From contig OZ249436.1 in the NCBI GenBank assembly GCA_965235115.1, positions 21,454,001 through 21,518,000 of the forward strand: a DNA stretch of 64,000 bases, written 5' to 3'. How positions within the stretch are numbered: position 1 is the first letter of the stretch; the number at the start of each line of letters is the position of its first letter. This DNA is from Laetmonice hystrix (taxonomy: Eukaryota). Shown here piece by piece: positions 27,086 to 41,019 of this stretch. The notes beneath the pieces are model-generated. The model saw only the letters and a list, made by a program, of their open reading frames with translations, searched no databases and had not been told where the DNA came from. The position numbers and the translations under genes were made by a program.

Positions 27086-30000
27086 ATGTCGGCTCACGAC
27101 CAAATACGAGCAATGCTCGACCAGTTAATGGGAACTGGCCGTGATGGTAAGTATATATTTCAGTGTAAATGGTTAGTTTTGCGCAACATTATCCGCCGTA
27201 GAATCTCAATCTGACGCCGTGTTTTACTGTTTACTCTGTTTTGCCGTTGTTGCATGACCATGATGATGACATCACGTTCCTTACCTTAGACCGTTTTCGC
27301 AGTGAGAAATTTTTGTGACGATATCCTGGCCACTGGGCCTGGCTCACCCGTCTCCTGTCTCTACCGAGGACACTGTCAGAGAATTTACAGTAACATGCAA
27401 TGCCAATGCTATCAAATGTTATCCACTGAGCATGCAGGGTATTTGGGTCAGGAGAGGGTCCATGCTGGCTGGTTCCCTGCCTTATTGGAAATCTATGAAA
27501 GAAGGTCTTCACACCAGCAATTTTGAAATTGGGGTCCCAGGAACCCTACTCCAACAAGTCAGGGGGGTGCGTTTCACAACCGCTTGTCGTGCGCTAACTA
27601 TAAGGTTTTCGTAAACTTAACGATTAACAACAAGGTCTACGATACCCGTTGCACAACTCTTGTCCTGCGTTAGCTTGTGGTGCACTTGCATATAGCTGTT
27701 GCTAACGTCACATATCTCCCAGCGGAGATCATTGTTCAATACAACGTCGCAACACAGTAAGCGTAAACCGGATGGAGCTGTTCTTTATGTTTACTGCTTA
27801 TATGCAAACACTGAATTTTTTGACACGTATATAATAAATACTCCTAATCGGGTTTAAAACACATCATGTTGTGACTCAAAACTGCCGCCGACATTTGTGA
27901 TGCCCTCTAACGTTAGAATCCAGCATCTATGCTCGATTGTACGTCGACTGTCAGTGAGATGCTCGATCAGAATCAGCCATCCTACTTGGTATTTGGAGAT
28001 TTTTGCCCATGCAATTCTTAAAAGAGGCCATATGGAGCCGAAAACATCAGTATTTAGATGCCAGATAAATGGAGTGATTTTAAAATTTTTGAGTAGTTAC
28101 GACAGCTTAACTACAGGCTCAGAGCCGTCTTTATTTTGGACGTGGTTTACGACACCGTCGTACAGGTTTTAACGCACAACAGGGGTTGTGAAACACCTCT
28201 GTCGTAAGTTCATAGTTTACGATTATTTTACGCACGACAAGCGGTTGTGAAACGCACCCCTGAGTCCTAGCGAGGCAGCAACTGCTATGCTGCCGGGATT
28301 CTATCTCGGTCCTATCGCGCATCATCGTCCCAAAGTCATGTTTCAGACCACTTTTGGCACTGAAACGTGCTATGAGTGCACACAAGAGGTTACTTCAACA
28401 GATACGTAAATGTATTTTGTTGGATGTTATCTTAGTAGGTGAAATTCTCAGTTTGTTTGGTCAAATACAGCGCAGGCGACGAGTATAGTGACCCGGTTTA
28501 TCGGGTGTGCGTATTTCCGACCTCTACAGTGGATCTGGAACGGACCGCATAAGTAGGTCGCGCTATTTGCTTACGCAGGCGGTGACGGCACAGAGTGGAG
28601 CAACCGTTTCAGGTACCAGTCCTGAGCGATCTAACTTTTATCAGGTCCCAGTCACTCGGTGCACTGCAGATGGCTGACGGAGCTAGGGACCTGACTTGCT
28701 CGTAAACAACTGGACCGTGTGGATGTTATATTTGTCCAATAATTATAATCATGGTCGGAATAGAAATTTCAATACCTTGGCTCTCTATAAAAATCGATTT
28801 CATGCTCTGTGGAAGAAGTTTAGTACTAAAACGAAGCCTGCAAAGTTGCGATAACGGACCTCTTCGCAGAGCGACCAAGAGTCGGGGCTGGGACGTCACG
28901 TATGAAGCAGGGGTGTTTTCGTAATTGTGAGTGTAAGACCCGCTTAAACCCGCGTCCGAAGCTAGAGCACACACACTGACACAGTGACATGCCATAGCAC
29001 GAAATGGCGCCATTGACCATCCCATCATATTGAGCACTTCCACAGTGCTTCAGTTGTGACAAAAATGCGAAAAATCCACCAAAAGGGTTGGTACAATTGA
29101 ATAGTGACTGCTTGTTACAGAGCCAACCGTCGGCCGCATTGATAAATTCTCTAGAGCTCTCCCACATCCTTAATGCGGAGCTGTTACGGGTGGCAACGTC
29201 TATGACATGCCGGTATGACTTATGGCTGCCCGAAAGACAAAACCGGATTTGCATTGCAATTTGCATACCAAAATCAGTCTATTGTGAATCAAATTATAAA
29301 ATGAGTCTCAAAATATTGCCTATTACTGCTTCTGCAAACCAGATAACTCAGTAATCATTGTGAATCAAAATTTTAAAGTATTTTAAGCCCTGCAGTACTA
29401 AGCCAACAAAAAAACAACCATGCCTATGTGCATGACACAATCACACAGAGCTGTCTATTCCTGGCTTCATTCTCTATGGTCCTGCATGACCATGCCAGCT
29501 ACAAATTCAGTATCTCATTGTATCACCTCCTGGGCATCCGACTATCAGATTTTTCTACCCCTGATACGTACAGCACAAACCACAAAAACACTGGGTTAGG
29601 GGGTTTAACCCTTCCAAAATCCCCCCCTTCTTGCCATGCATTTGCTGTTTTTCATTAGTTTTGTCACGTTTTCAGTACTTTTGTAGTGTTTTCGATACGT
29701 TGGCCATGTTACACCCATGACATATTCATGCCTAGTTTAGGGTACCGTGCCCAATTATAAACAATCAAGTAATCAAGCTATGATGGGGGAGGGGGGCTGA
29801 GTGAAACATATCAGTCTTGTGACCCCTGCTGAGTAGCAGATATTCAGTTCACCGTGACTGGGCAATCGTCACCTGGTCCTGGGTTAAAACCTGCATCAAT
29901 CTGTGTGTAAATATCTAGGAGACGGCCGGACTCCTGGTCAGGTGGCTGCTGGAAGTCCGTCCCAATTTTTGGGAGTCTCAGACTCACGGACTCCCGTCGA

Positions 30001-33000
30001 AATCGACCCCTGAAGGCCCTTGACAGCAATTTTTGCCGTGCCCCCTTTACCTTCTAATTCGAGGCCTGTATCACACCTCTTTCCATCAGCTCATCATATT
30101 TGGGGCAGTTGGAACAGAATTTTTGTTTCCAGTTCGATGGCACAAGGTTTAATCATCATACAGCCAACTAGGGTTATGTTAGATTAAAATTTGGCCTGGG
30201 TGCTTTGGTCTTAAACACTTGTGTGACAAGCAAACAATTCTGTGCTCGACAAAATGGCCTACATAGTCTGTTTAGTTTAGTCTGTTAATAATGTTATGTA
30301 TAAAGATGTATTTAACACAGTCATAGGATGTCTGATGTTGCATGCAAGAAGCTTGGGATTTTAGCAGGCTTCTTAACAAGCAAATAAATCATGGGCAGTG
30401 TAAACACAGTGTCAGATCTGATAATATTTAAAAACATGTCACAAATATCAGATGCTGTTGAAATCAATTAAATAAAAATTGCAAATGATAATTTTTAAAA
30501 AAATTTCAAATGATCAAAGTAATCGGACAGTTTAATCAGCAGGATCTAATTCATACTTTCACAGGTATTTGTGGTATGTTTCAAAATCAACTGAATGTCC
30601 AGGTCTAAGACCTTCCAATTCGCCATCGGGCCCCAAAGAGTTTGGTTAGGGAATGGTATTAACCCACGGGTGTACCGTGTTTTTGCCTCAATTTTTTAAT
30701 TTTTTTTTTTTTTTAATGTTTCCTCTATTAATTGAATTGAAAGGATCAGGAACCTTAAAAAGTTTCAGCCCTAGATCAGAGCCAGAGGGCCCAGACCAAA
30801 ATGACTTCTTTTCAAGGAAATATCAGTGGGGACACCTGATCAATTATCTGCAACATGATTGAGTTTTACACATAATTAACCACACACCCCTCCCCCTATC
30901 GAAATGGTTGCTTCTAATTTTTATTGGCTCTTTAGCATGCAACAGATGTGTGTTCTGAAAAAGATTGCTTCTGGAGTCATGCAGATAAGATGCTAATCTC
31001 ATTTATTTCATTCCTGATGATGATGTTTGCTTCTTCAGTGTTAGGGTTCTAGCTCTAGCAGAGAAACAGTGGTAGGCCTAATGACGAGCACTGCATGTGA
31101 CAACAGATGTTCATTGAGGTCCAATGTTGTGTGTAGCACAGGGTGACCACAGCACAGGGAAAACAGGGAAAATGAATTTAAAAAATCCCTGCAGGGAAAA
31201 CACAGGGAATCTGGAAAGGAAATTTTTGTGGTCACCCTAGTAGAACACATCTCCTTGTGCTTCAAACTTTAGGTCTCTGAAATTTTGCATATTCTGAAGC
31301 CTTTTTTATTTTCAGAGGTTTAAAAAAAATCCCACTTTTTCCACTAAGTACAGCCTACACAGGTCTAGTGTTGTGTGACTTGTACTAATCTGAAAGCTTT
31401 TTCAATGCATTTATAAATCATGTTCAATGATGTTCAACCGGACAAAAAATCCCGATCCAGATGCATTGATCACTGATTGCAATTATATACTGGCTAAATT
31501 ATGTCCTGCTGCATAAGACAGTATTGTAAGAAATCTGTAGCTCTACAATGATTACAGAATACAGTGCTGGTCAGCGTTTTTCTCAGTATAAAGTGAAATT
31601 AATTAAATGTCTAAATTCCACTTTGTTAAAAGATTTTAAAAAAAGAAAGAAACCTGACTAGATAATTCAAGGGTATAGCACCCCAGGGTGGTATATGATA
31701 CTATTGATAGGTTGGGTTTTTTTTAACCCACAACCCAAAGGGGCATGGCTTATGACCTCCGTCCATTAATACGAGAGATAGGAGAGACAATGTATAGGCC
31801 AATGTATTCTCAGTTCAGAGCAAACTTGGAGACAAGGCGGTCATATTTTTTTTGACCTCCCCCCAAAAAATGGCACAATCTAACGCAATAATTAGGATTA
31901 TTGACAGATAGGAGGTTCGTTTGGCACCATTTTCCATGACCTTGAAAGATCAGTCAAGGTCATGCATATTTTCAATGGACTTTATCTCCAAAACAGTTGA
32001 TGAAGACAACATAATTTTGCATGAAACATTGATCAGGGGACAATCTACTCTCTTAAATATGATGCAAGTCCAACAGATTTGTTTATGTACCGGTAATTCG
32101 AAGTGGCCACTCAGTGTCCATCTTGGATGTAGTTATATATATTTGCAGTACTTAATAACTTTTTCCTTTCAAACTTAGTGGTCAACGAGAGAAGGCATAT
32201 GGGCCCTGGGCATCCAGCATACCATTACCATTTTGTGGACAAATTAAATGTATTCATGTCCAAAATAGTTGAATATAATGACCTAATTATTATTATTGAC
32301 AAACAGGAAGTCATGAGTGAACTTTCGTCAGGATGAAGATATGAAGTGTCTGTGAATCATGTATCACGGATATTCTCACATGGACTGTATCTCAAAAATA
32401 CAAAGTACACATGTAGTTCCTATGCCCACAGATAATTAGTCCCTACCCAGTGTGACTCCGAGGAGATATTGTTAATCTTTTATACCACCTACATCTTTCA
32501 TTAACATTAAACAAGCTCACCTCTGACTTAGGAAGGATACATAAAATTGAGTCATAGATTTCTGTTATCTGTAAAGTGTTTATGCCTTCATGGTGTCATA
32601 TTGCCCTTGACACCAAGGCCACAGATGTAGACCGTTGCACACTGATGAGTGATCACTGGTTGGTTTATGGTTCTCTAGGTTACCATGGATACTGTCCTTC
32701 AAGACCTTCACATCCATCTAATGTGTTGGACAATTTCAGAGTACCTTCCCTATGGTTGATTTTGAATAACCTAAAGTTCACGTCATTGTCTTATGATTTT
32801 CCTGATGTAAAACTGGGAATTAGAATTAAAATTGATGAAATCGTCATACACTCATACAACCATCAGCATGCATGTTGTAATCTGCGCAAGCCATTAAAAT
32901 TGCCTCGCATTTCTTAACAAGATTATTGAGCTGGAAATTGAAGAAGACTGTTATTGTATACATTCAAGTTTGATTTGAAAATAATATCGTTTAAAACTTA

Positions 33001-36000
33001 ATTACACATTCAAGTGTAACTGAGCACTGTGAATTTGATAATGTAAGTAAAATTTTATTGCACTGTTTGGTATTAGGTTATGGTTATTACTATTAATTCT
33101 TGGATCCCATGCTTTTTAAGGGAACAATGTTATGTGGTCTATTGCTGAGCTTATACAAAGTCACACGTCTCGAGTCGCCGAGCCGTGAGTTGCAAAGTTG
33201 ATTTATCATCTGTATTTCAGCATTGAGTTTGAGTAAAAGAATGAAACTCCTGTTATTAGTACATGAAATATGAATTTTCTTTTTCTTTAGTATTAAGCAG
33301 GCATTTTCGTAATGCTAATCAATTATCTGTCTGCAAAGATATCTTAATTTGTAGCCACAAAAGTGAAAGTCCTGCACAGCATATGGTAGGACATCTGTAA
33401 TATTGAATCTAATTAATGTTGAGTATTTCTGTATTTAGTTAATTCCTAAGAAAGTAGATCACAGTACTTTTTTTATGTGTGCTTTTTCAACATTCCATTT
33501 GCTATGTATATCAGGCAAGTCTTTTATATACATGTACCAGTAACCCATACAGTTCTGGCATTGTACACTTTTAATAAAACTCTCCTGATCTACTACACCT
33601 ATATACAAGTTTAATCTTTGTTTTGGGAAATATTAGTAATCATTGTAAAAATTTTCTACAATCATCAAAATGGCCTAAGTGGTTTTGACTTTCTAACAAA
33701 TAGCATCATTGTATGGAAAGTTCTTTAGATTTTTGGAGAAGAAATAAAGATATGATGGCCATAGAACAGTCAAATAAACAGAAAAGGAATAACCATTTAT
33801 CATCTTAGGCCATTTTGGTTTATGTCAGAACATCTTCTGACAAGAATTGGCGTATGTAATGAGTATGCATGTTTTCCAGACCAATTTAAGGGCATTGTAA
33901 GTCGAAGTGGAGGGGGCCTCAACATGTTTGTTTCAGATGTGTCTTTACATTCTGGCATCCGGCGCAGTTCCAGGGAATCGCAGTGTGTATCCCCTAAATG
34001 TCACACAGAACTTACATTCAGAAATGAACAGCTCTTCACTACTCAAACATGCCCTTAGTTCGGACAATGCTTTTCATGACTCATGAACAAGTTACGGAAG
34101 TCCGAAGTTGACATCTTGTAGGATCTGCCTCTTGATACAATGTGTAACGTTAATGTGTGAAGAGACTATGTATGACTGTTGAGGCCAAAACGTGTACTGT
34201 AGTCCAAATGAGCACAATTACTGTATTGTTCTTCCAACAGTACTGCAAAGACTCCCATTTGGTGCCAGTTTTAGAAAATAAATCATTATTCCCCATGTGG
34301 TTGAAACGTTTCCTGAATTTTAAACGTATCTAGATTTTTAAAAGAGATTGTGAAAATCGGCCCGGAAGCCTTCACTTACCCAAACGCAGATAAATATTTG
34401 GCCAAAACCTTAGTAAAGAAACCATATGGGGGCATACTTTGACCAGACATATTTGAAAGCTAAGAACAGTGTCTTCATGCAGTTTGAGATCATTACTGTC
34501 ATGATCTGTCTTCCATCTGTGCATGATTCCACCACCAAAGTTTGTATTTTTGTAGGCGAAAACAACAAGTACAAAGTGAAGTTCGATGACCCTCGGGTAT
34601 GTAAGAGCTTTCTCCTAGGTTGCTGTCCGCATGACATACTGGCGAGCACGGTAAGTGGACGGTTCAGCAGTGGGGCTTTCTACTACACCCAGTTAGCAAC
34701 GGGGAACACCCGTGAGTAACCTTTGATGGTGTCTTGAGTGTCGGCCCTGTAAATATGTTTTTTTAAACAAGGAATTCTAGATTCTGAGAAGTTTTTAATT
34801 GATTTTAAAGGGCGCGCTCTTGTACACTGGTATTTTAAGTTTGTGAGTGTAGGTGATTCAAATATGCAGTAGATAATTGAGAGAAATATGCTTTTCCCAG
34901 AGCTTAAGTTATTGTAAAATTTGTGTGGTAATTCGAGAATTACTTTTACCATAATATTAGTCTGACATGTTAATTAGACAGAAATGTTGCACTCATTGCT
35001 ACAGTTCATCTGTTATCACTTTATGCTGTATCTATATCCAATGGAAAAAAATTGCTTTCTAGGTATCAGACTTTTTAGAGATATGGGCCTAAAAAGAATT
35101 GAAGCAGCTGCTATGCTTTAGATTATTTGACATGTATTTGTTTTGAATTTGTCGAGAGATGTATATTAGAGGTACATATCCAGATCCAACCAGTAATCGT
35201 TTTCATCTCTTTCAGCGGATGGATCTGGGTGAATGCCCTAAGATCCATGACCTAGCACTGAAAGCAGATTATGAAATGGCCTCTAAGAGGAAGGACTACT
35301 ACTACGACATTGACGTAAGCTAACAAGAAAGTATTCTAACAAGTTTTCCTTAAGCCAGTGATTTTTAATTTGATACAGTTATTAATTGGGTCAGTATACC
35401 ACTGCAATATTTTTTTCCTTATGTTAAACATATGTTGCAAATATTGATCTGAGAAGTGTACAGGCCTCTTATAGATCAGGTAAAATTACCAATACTTCAG
35501 AAATCTTAATGTCGTTTGCTCTATGGAGGTCGGGGATCTCTCTAGGATAGAATTTAAGTGCTCAGCTTCAGCGCACTTTCCCAGCCCAGGAGGCAACCCT
35601 GCTGCAGCGACTGAAATTTTTTTATTTTTTTTTGTCCATACGTGAATTCTGGTGCATTCTGAGAGTAAAATTGGCATCAATTTGTGGGGTCTTTAGACAG
35701 GAAGTAACTTACAAGTGATTTTGCAGGCCATGGAACATCTGCAGAGCTTCATCGCAGATTGCGACCGTCGCACAGAGCTGGCTAAGCGTCGTCTAAAGGA
35801 AACACAAGAAGAACTCAGTGAGGAAGCTAATGCAAAGGTTAGATTATGTTCAGTTTGTTTGAATCGGTCATACTTCACAGTTGGTTTGGCATGTTCAGAT
35901 GTAAGATGTTCAGATCTTTCTTGTTTGATGTCCAATTTGGGCCATCCAGCTCTCCCAGGGGAGTCAAAGTTGTTGGTTATACTCACTGGTATCTTAGAAA

Positions 36001-38736
36001 AGATAGCTGCACTTATCTGTTCCAAGAATTTTTAATATGAAAATTTAATATTTTAGTGCTCTAGATGAAGTATGTTCCAATTCAATCTTCAGATTGAGCC
36101 AGAATTACTCCATAAAACATTGCAAATACTCTGGGATGTGCCCAAAAAAAAGAGTGTCAGGCGATAGTTTTGCACTAGCACCGAAGGTGCAAGGTTGGTT
36201 TTCAGTTGGCAAGGGGTGTGGGTGAGGGGTTATTTTTTCAGATGACAGCCCTAATAAAAATTCCTGCCGGGCGGCACTTGAACCTTTTTAGTTTTGTGCC
36301 GGGCGACTAAAATCTGTGGCGGGCCTGCCCAGCGTTGCCACATCTCTGAATACTGTAAGAGAGGCATCATTGTTTATCTTGTCTGTTTCAGGCAGAGGTA
36401 ATCCATCAGCTTGGTGAACAGATTGGAACAAAATTAGCAAGGGCTGAGGAGGTTGGCGCAGAGGGTAACGTGGACGAGTCATTGGCCGCCATGAATGAGG
36501 TGGAGGAGTTGAAGAAAAAGAAGGCCCAAGCTGAGGTGAGCTTTTCTTCTGTCAACTTTTGGTAAGAGGACGTTCTGTACTTGACTGGTATTGTAATATA
36601 TTTAAGGAAATATATTTAGCCACTTGTATTATAATATATTTAAGGAAATATATTTAGCCTTTAATTGAGAGCTGCAGGGGTAAGGACTTATTTATATTGT
36701 TTACAAAGTGAAATTCACTCGTAAATATTGTTTAATTTCAGATTGAGTACCGAAACTCGATGCCAGCCTCAAGCTACCAACAACAAAAGTTGAGAGTTTG
36801 TGAAGTGTGTTCAGCTTACTTAGGAATTCATGACAATGATCGTCGTCTAGCAGACCATTTTGGTGGAAAACTACATCTGGGATTTATTACGATTAGACAA
36901 AAACTTGCTGAGCTTCAGGTAAGTGTGAAGAATTTTCTAGATCACTAAAAACATTACATATATCTGAATTAATGTATATTACAATAGGACACCAATACCA
37001 TCTAAAATTGGAGGATGATACATTTAAATTTTGCGTCCATATTATGCGTAAATATGGAGGAAAGTTGCGTTAACACAAATGCTGTTTTTACTGTTGAAAT
37101 AAGAAATATTGGGTAAGAAATAGGAAACAGATTTTGTACACTTGCTTTGAGGTAACATGATTTATGATTGTCTTGAGATGAGTGATATAATGCAAAATTG
37201 TAATTTTTCCTTTCTTTTCAGGCTAAAATAGAAGCATCCCCACAAGACGTTGCTTTGGTAGGTTTTGCCGAATTAATAAGTGAAACAAGCAAACTTGCTG
37301 CAGGATACTAATTCAAAAATTGTGACATCAAAACTCATAGATAAAAACAAGATGAGTCTGAAATAAAGAATTGAATTGAATAGTGTGAATTTACCGCATT
37401 GTATAGAAGAAAAATTACACTTCATTGTTACAGTATTTGAGGTACATGTATTTGCATGTGAGAAAAAAATATTTAAGTCAGAAGTGCCACTACTTCTTTT
37501 GGATAAGACCTTGACTTGCATTACTTACAGAAAAGTGTTCAAGAACGTAGACTACAACGGGAGAAAGAACGGGAAGAGCGACGTCGTGAACGAGATGAAA
37601 ATGAAAAGAGGCGAAGTCAGAGTGCTGAAAGAGAAAGGGAAAGAGAGCGTGAGAGGGAACGTGAGAGGGAAAAAGAGAGGGACCATGAAAGAGAGAGAGA
37701 AAGCAGGCGCAGCCGGAAGAGAACTAGAAGTCGCAGCCGAAGTCACAGTCGTGATCACGAGAGACGCCGGAGAAGATCAAGGTCAAGAAGCAGGGAACAT
37801 GGTCGACGACACCGGTATGGCCTGGCCACATCTTATCAAACACGTTTTCAACATAATATCTTTAGTCTAAATCAATTTAAATTTAATTTGATGCTAAACC
37901 TCTGAAGTAAACAATATATCTGGTAGATTCTCCTGGAATATTTAGCCTTATTGATTTAAATCGACTTTTTTTAAAATCTCTAGATCACGGTCTAAGAGTG
38001 ACAGACATAGACGCTCCAGATCAAGGGAAAGGCGTTCACGCTCCAGGTCAGGATCACGGCGCTCACGTTCAAGGAGGTCACGATCAGGATCCAGGTCAAG
38101 GAGGAGGATGAAGAGGTCACGGTCGAGGTCACGGTCAAAATCAAAGCGATCTAAGTCAAGGTCTAGATCAAGGTCCAGGTCTAAAAGGTATGCCTGATTT
38201 TCAGACTTTTTTTTCGCCTATGAAACAAGATTTAGAAAGCTAAAAGCTTACATTTTCAACTAACATGTATTAGGATAGTATTGTTAACATTTTGTTTATT
38301 GAAATGACATGCACATGTTTGTATATTGTTTACTCAATGTTGTGGGACCTTTCTTTTTCTAGGTCACGCCGCTCAAGGTCAGCCGAGAAGTCTAGGAGTG
38401 AATCTCCAAAGAAAACCAAAGAGAGGTAGCTATGGTTCACTTGAATAAATCAATTAAGCTGCAACTTGAAAAAAAATTGAAACTGCTAACAATAAAAACA
38501 TTTTAGAGGTGACTTAGAGGTTAAACTTTGAGTTGTTTGACGTTATGTTTATCTTATAGTTGTAATTTGGAGATTCTGAAATAATGTCGAAGATTGAGGT
38601 GGCTGTGCATGTTGCATTGTTTGTTGGTTGGTGCTATCACTTACGATTACAAAATTTCCCTTAAAGAGATGAAAACGGCGACTCCATGCTAGCCGCTGCA
38701 GCTGCCGCCACTACCCCAGAGAACCACACCGATTGA
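27086..38736 (+). CDS. LUC7L: LUC7-like U1 snRNP-associated splicing factor (LUC7L/LUC7L2 family), complete
   Basis: Exons 27086-27146 (MSAHDQIRAMLDQLMGTGRDG), 34556-34650 (FDDPRVCKSFLLGCCPHDIL, ZnF1), 35216-35314 (RMDLGECPKIHD), 35727-35837, 36392-36535, 36742-36918 (QQQKLRVCEVCSAYLGIHDNDRRLADHFGGKLH, ZnF2), [37222-37257], 37531-37814, 37984-38187, 38363-38425 (RE/RS domain), 38667-38736 (TGA); all phases consistent. Confidence 0.96.
27565..28260. mobile_element. PIF/Harbinger-like MITE in LUC7 intron 1
   Basis: 30-bp TIR GGGGTGCGTTTCACAACCGCTTGTCGTGCG / CGCACGACAAGCGGTTGTGAAACGCACCCC with CAG/CTG context; superfamily call is inference from G-rich ends. Confidence 0.8.
31139..31239. mobile_element. 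Short MITE
   Basis: CAGGGTGACCACA / TGTGGTCACCCTA; flanks GTAGCA / GTAGAA; internal CAGGGAAAA repeats. Confidence 0.7.
37222..37257 (+). CDS. LUC7L: 36-nt cassette exon of LUC7-like gene
   Basis: Strong tract tttttcctttcttttcag|, AKIEASPQDVAL, |gtaggt; phase 0-0. Confidence 0.65.
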
Positions 38737-40530
38737 AGCGTTCGACTCCCACAAGCATACCGACCCCACTGTGTGGCTATATTACTACATGACACATCTA
38801 GACGTCCATCTCAGGAGGATTGGGGAGGCAGGGGGTTAAATAAGACCCCCAATAACTCTGACATCACCAGATAACTAGACTTGTAACCCTGCAAACTAAT
38901 AGATTGAAGTCCCTCAGAATCAGATCACTGTATGGTCAGTTTTTACGTCATATCACACAAGCCAGCAACGGTCATCCCATAGCCATTTCTACTTAAAAAG
39001 TAAAGTTATTTTAACGTAAACAACAGGAAGTTCACTGTGTAGGGCCCATAGTTTCGGAAGGTGGTTTACGTATGATTGAAAGAACTTAGAAGAAGGTTCC
39101 AAGACCAGGTCTCCAGGACCTCTCCAGTTAAATGGAGGGTGCCATCACATTGTCTAGCATTTGTACTATTGCTTAGTGTAGTTTTGCAACCTTCTCCATT
39201 CTACCTTTGCTTTTAGCGTAATGATATTGTGCTGGTATAGACAGGCGTGTGCATGAATGGTAAAATGAAAGTGTGAAACGGGAAAGCATACACTTTGTCA
39301 AGTTGTCAGTGATGTTTGTCTTTTTAGCGTAGATATTTAATCCCACTTGTACATAAAAAAAGATCAGTGCTTCTCTATTATGTAATTCAAGAAAGGGTTA
39401 TAGAGGAGAGTCGAAAGGTGCAACAAGCATGAACAAAATGTACGTTGTTAATAGAGGTCTTTGTAGTTTCAGACATCTGGCATATTTCCGCAACTTGTTA
39501 GCAGTTACCCTTAGGTATTCCACGTGAATAAATGAACTTGAAACAATCGAGGCACTGTTAGTCAAAGCCTCATTTATGTTTCGGCAAAATTATTGGGGTG
39601 AAACTAAGAGTGACAAGACCTGCATGAAAAGAGAGGGACTTATTCCTTCATGTTAGAAAACATCAGATCACATGTTGCACGTGCAGTTCTCATTCAGTCA
39701 GTGTTGAATGCTGGAATACATGTCAGAAGGGGTATTGTATCTGGAGCTCGTAAACAGACAATTTGACTTTGTAAAACGCCAAAGCAAGAATGTTGGAGTG
39801 TTCTTGGCCGAAGTTTAAAGAAATAACCATGAAGCACGTCGCCCGGGGTTCGCTTGTATTGCCGCCATTCAGTTATTAAGGACATCTTCAGGAAGGAACC
39901 CGTAACCTCTGTTTTCAATCCCGTGACGTTGGGCTCCAGTCGGGAAATGCTTTATTTAATTAATGAAATACGTTTGTACAGAGGAATCCCAGTGGCGTGT
40001 CTCAGAATCGCTGCACTTGATGAAGTTTTCCCACTTGATACTGAATCCCCCAGAGCAGGGCCTGCATGATGCTGACGTGCCTATATCTGGGCTGAAATCA
40101 TATCATGGAGAGGACACGCGGGTATCGTAATAAAACCTGTCATGTTGCCTCCCTCGACGTGCGGAATTGATATACCGGTATTCATTTCACAATAAAAATT
40201 GTATCTTGTGCTGGAAACTATATGCGTCTTATTTTTAGTTTTCGATATCCATAGAATATATTACCATGCTCTTGTGTCGTGACTTGGATCACGTTTGATA
40301 CTCTCGTATAAACTTTTTAGGTTAAATGTATCAACTTTTTAGTCCAATATGTCCAAGCGGCTAGATTTGTCCGGTGAAAAAGTCGGCGAGATATTCCCCA
40401 GATTTCAGTAGTTGTGTCCATCTAAATCGGCTGGTTATGTCCAGTTGAGATATGTCTGCAAATTCAGATTTGTCCACAGGGATCGACTAGATACAGCCGC
40501 AGATTCAGATTTGTTAGCAGATTTCAGCTA

Positions 40531-41019
40531 CACGGCCTGTAGACGATCTTGCATCTCTATGCGCCGACCGTTAAATCGTGCATTTAAAGTAAAAGTTAAA
40601 GTATTAATGATTACGTCTCTTTAACTACACCACGGAATGCCTGAATATGTTAGCAATGTGTGGACATCAACTTTCCGGCATGTTTTTCTCTGGTTAGGCC
40701 ACACGAATGCACACAGTGCAAGCAAACCCCGACGTGTTTTTCCCATCATAGGGTGTCTGAACTGTGGAGGCTTACACACAAATATTATCGTGTTAATCAA
40801 GATGATACCACGTACTGCACATCCAACCAGCAATATCGTACATGTTCCGTGAGCTTGGAAGTTGATGAATAAACATTCTGAGTAACTCGCGGGAAGACAT
40901 TTTAGGAAGGCGTGCTGACGTGACAGGGCCGACTGCCACATCGAGATGCACGAATTCCTCATCGAAATGCACGATTTACGGGTCGGCGCATAGAGACGCA
41001 AGATCGTCTACAGGCCCTG
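40531..41019. mobile_element. MITE, ~38-bp TIR, 5-bp TSD
   Basis: CACGGCCTGTAGACGATCTTGCATCTCTATGCGCCGACC / GGTCGGCGCATAGAGACGCAAGATCGTCTACAGGCCCTG; AGCTA on both flanks. Confidence 0.88.

Noticed and set aside
28440..29360. 105- and 146-aa minus-strand ORFs in LUC7 intron 1
   Set aside because: No homology recognised; probably a repeat fragment, but no termini identified.
37376..37870. 164-aa ORF overlapping the LUC7 RE/RS exon
   Set aside because: Alternative-frame shadow of a purine-rich low-complexity exon.
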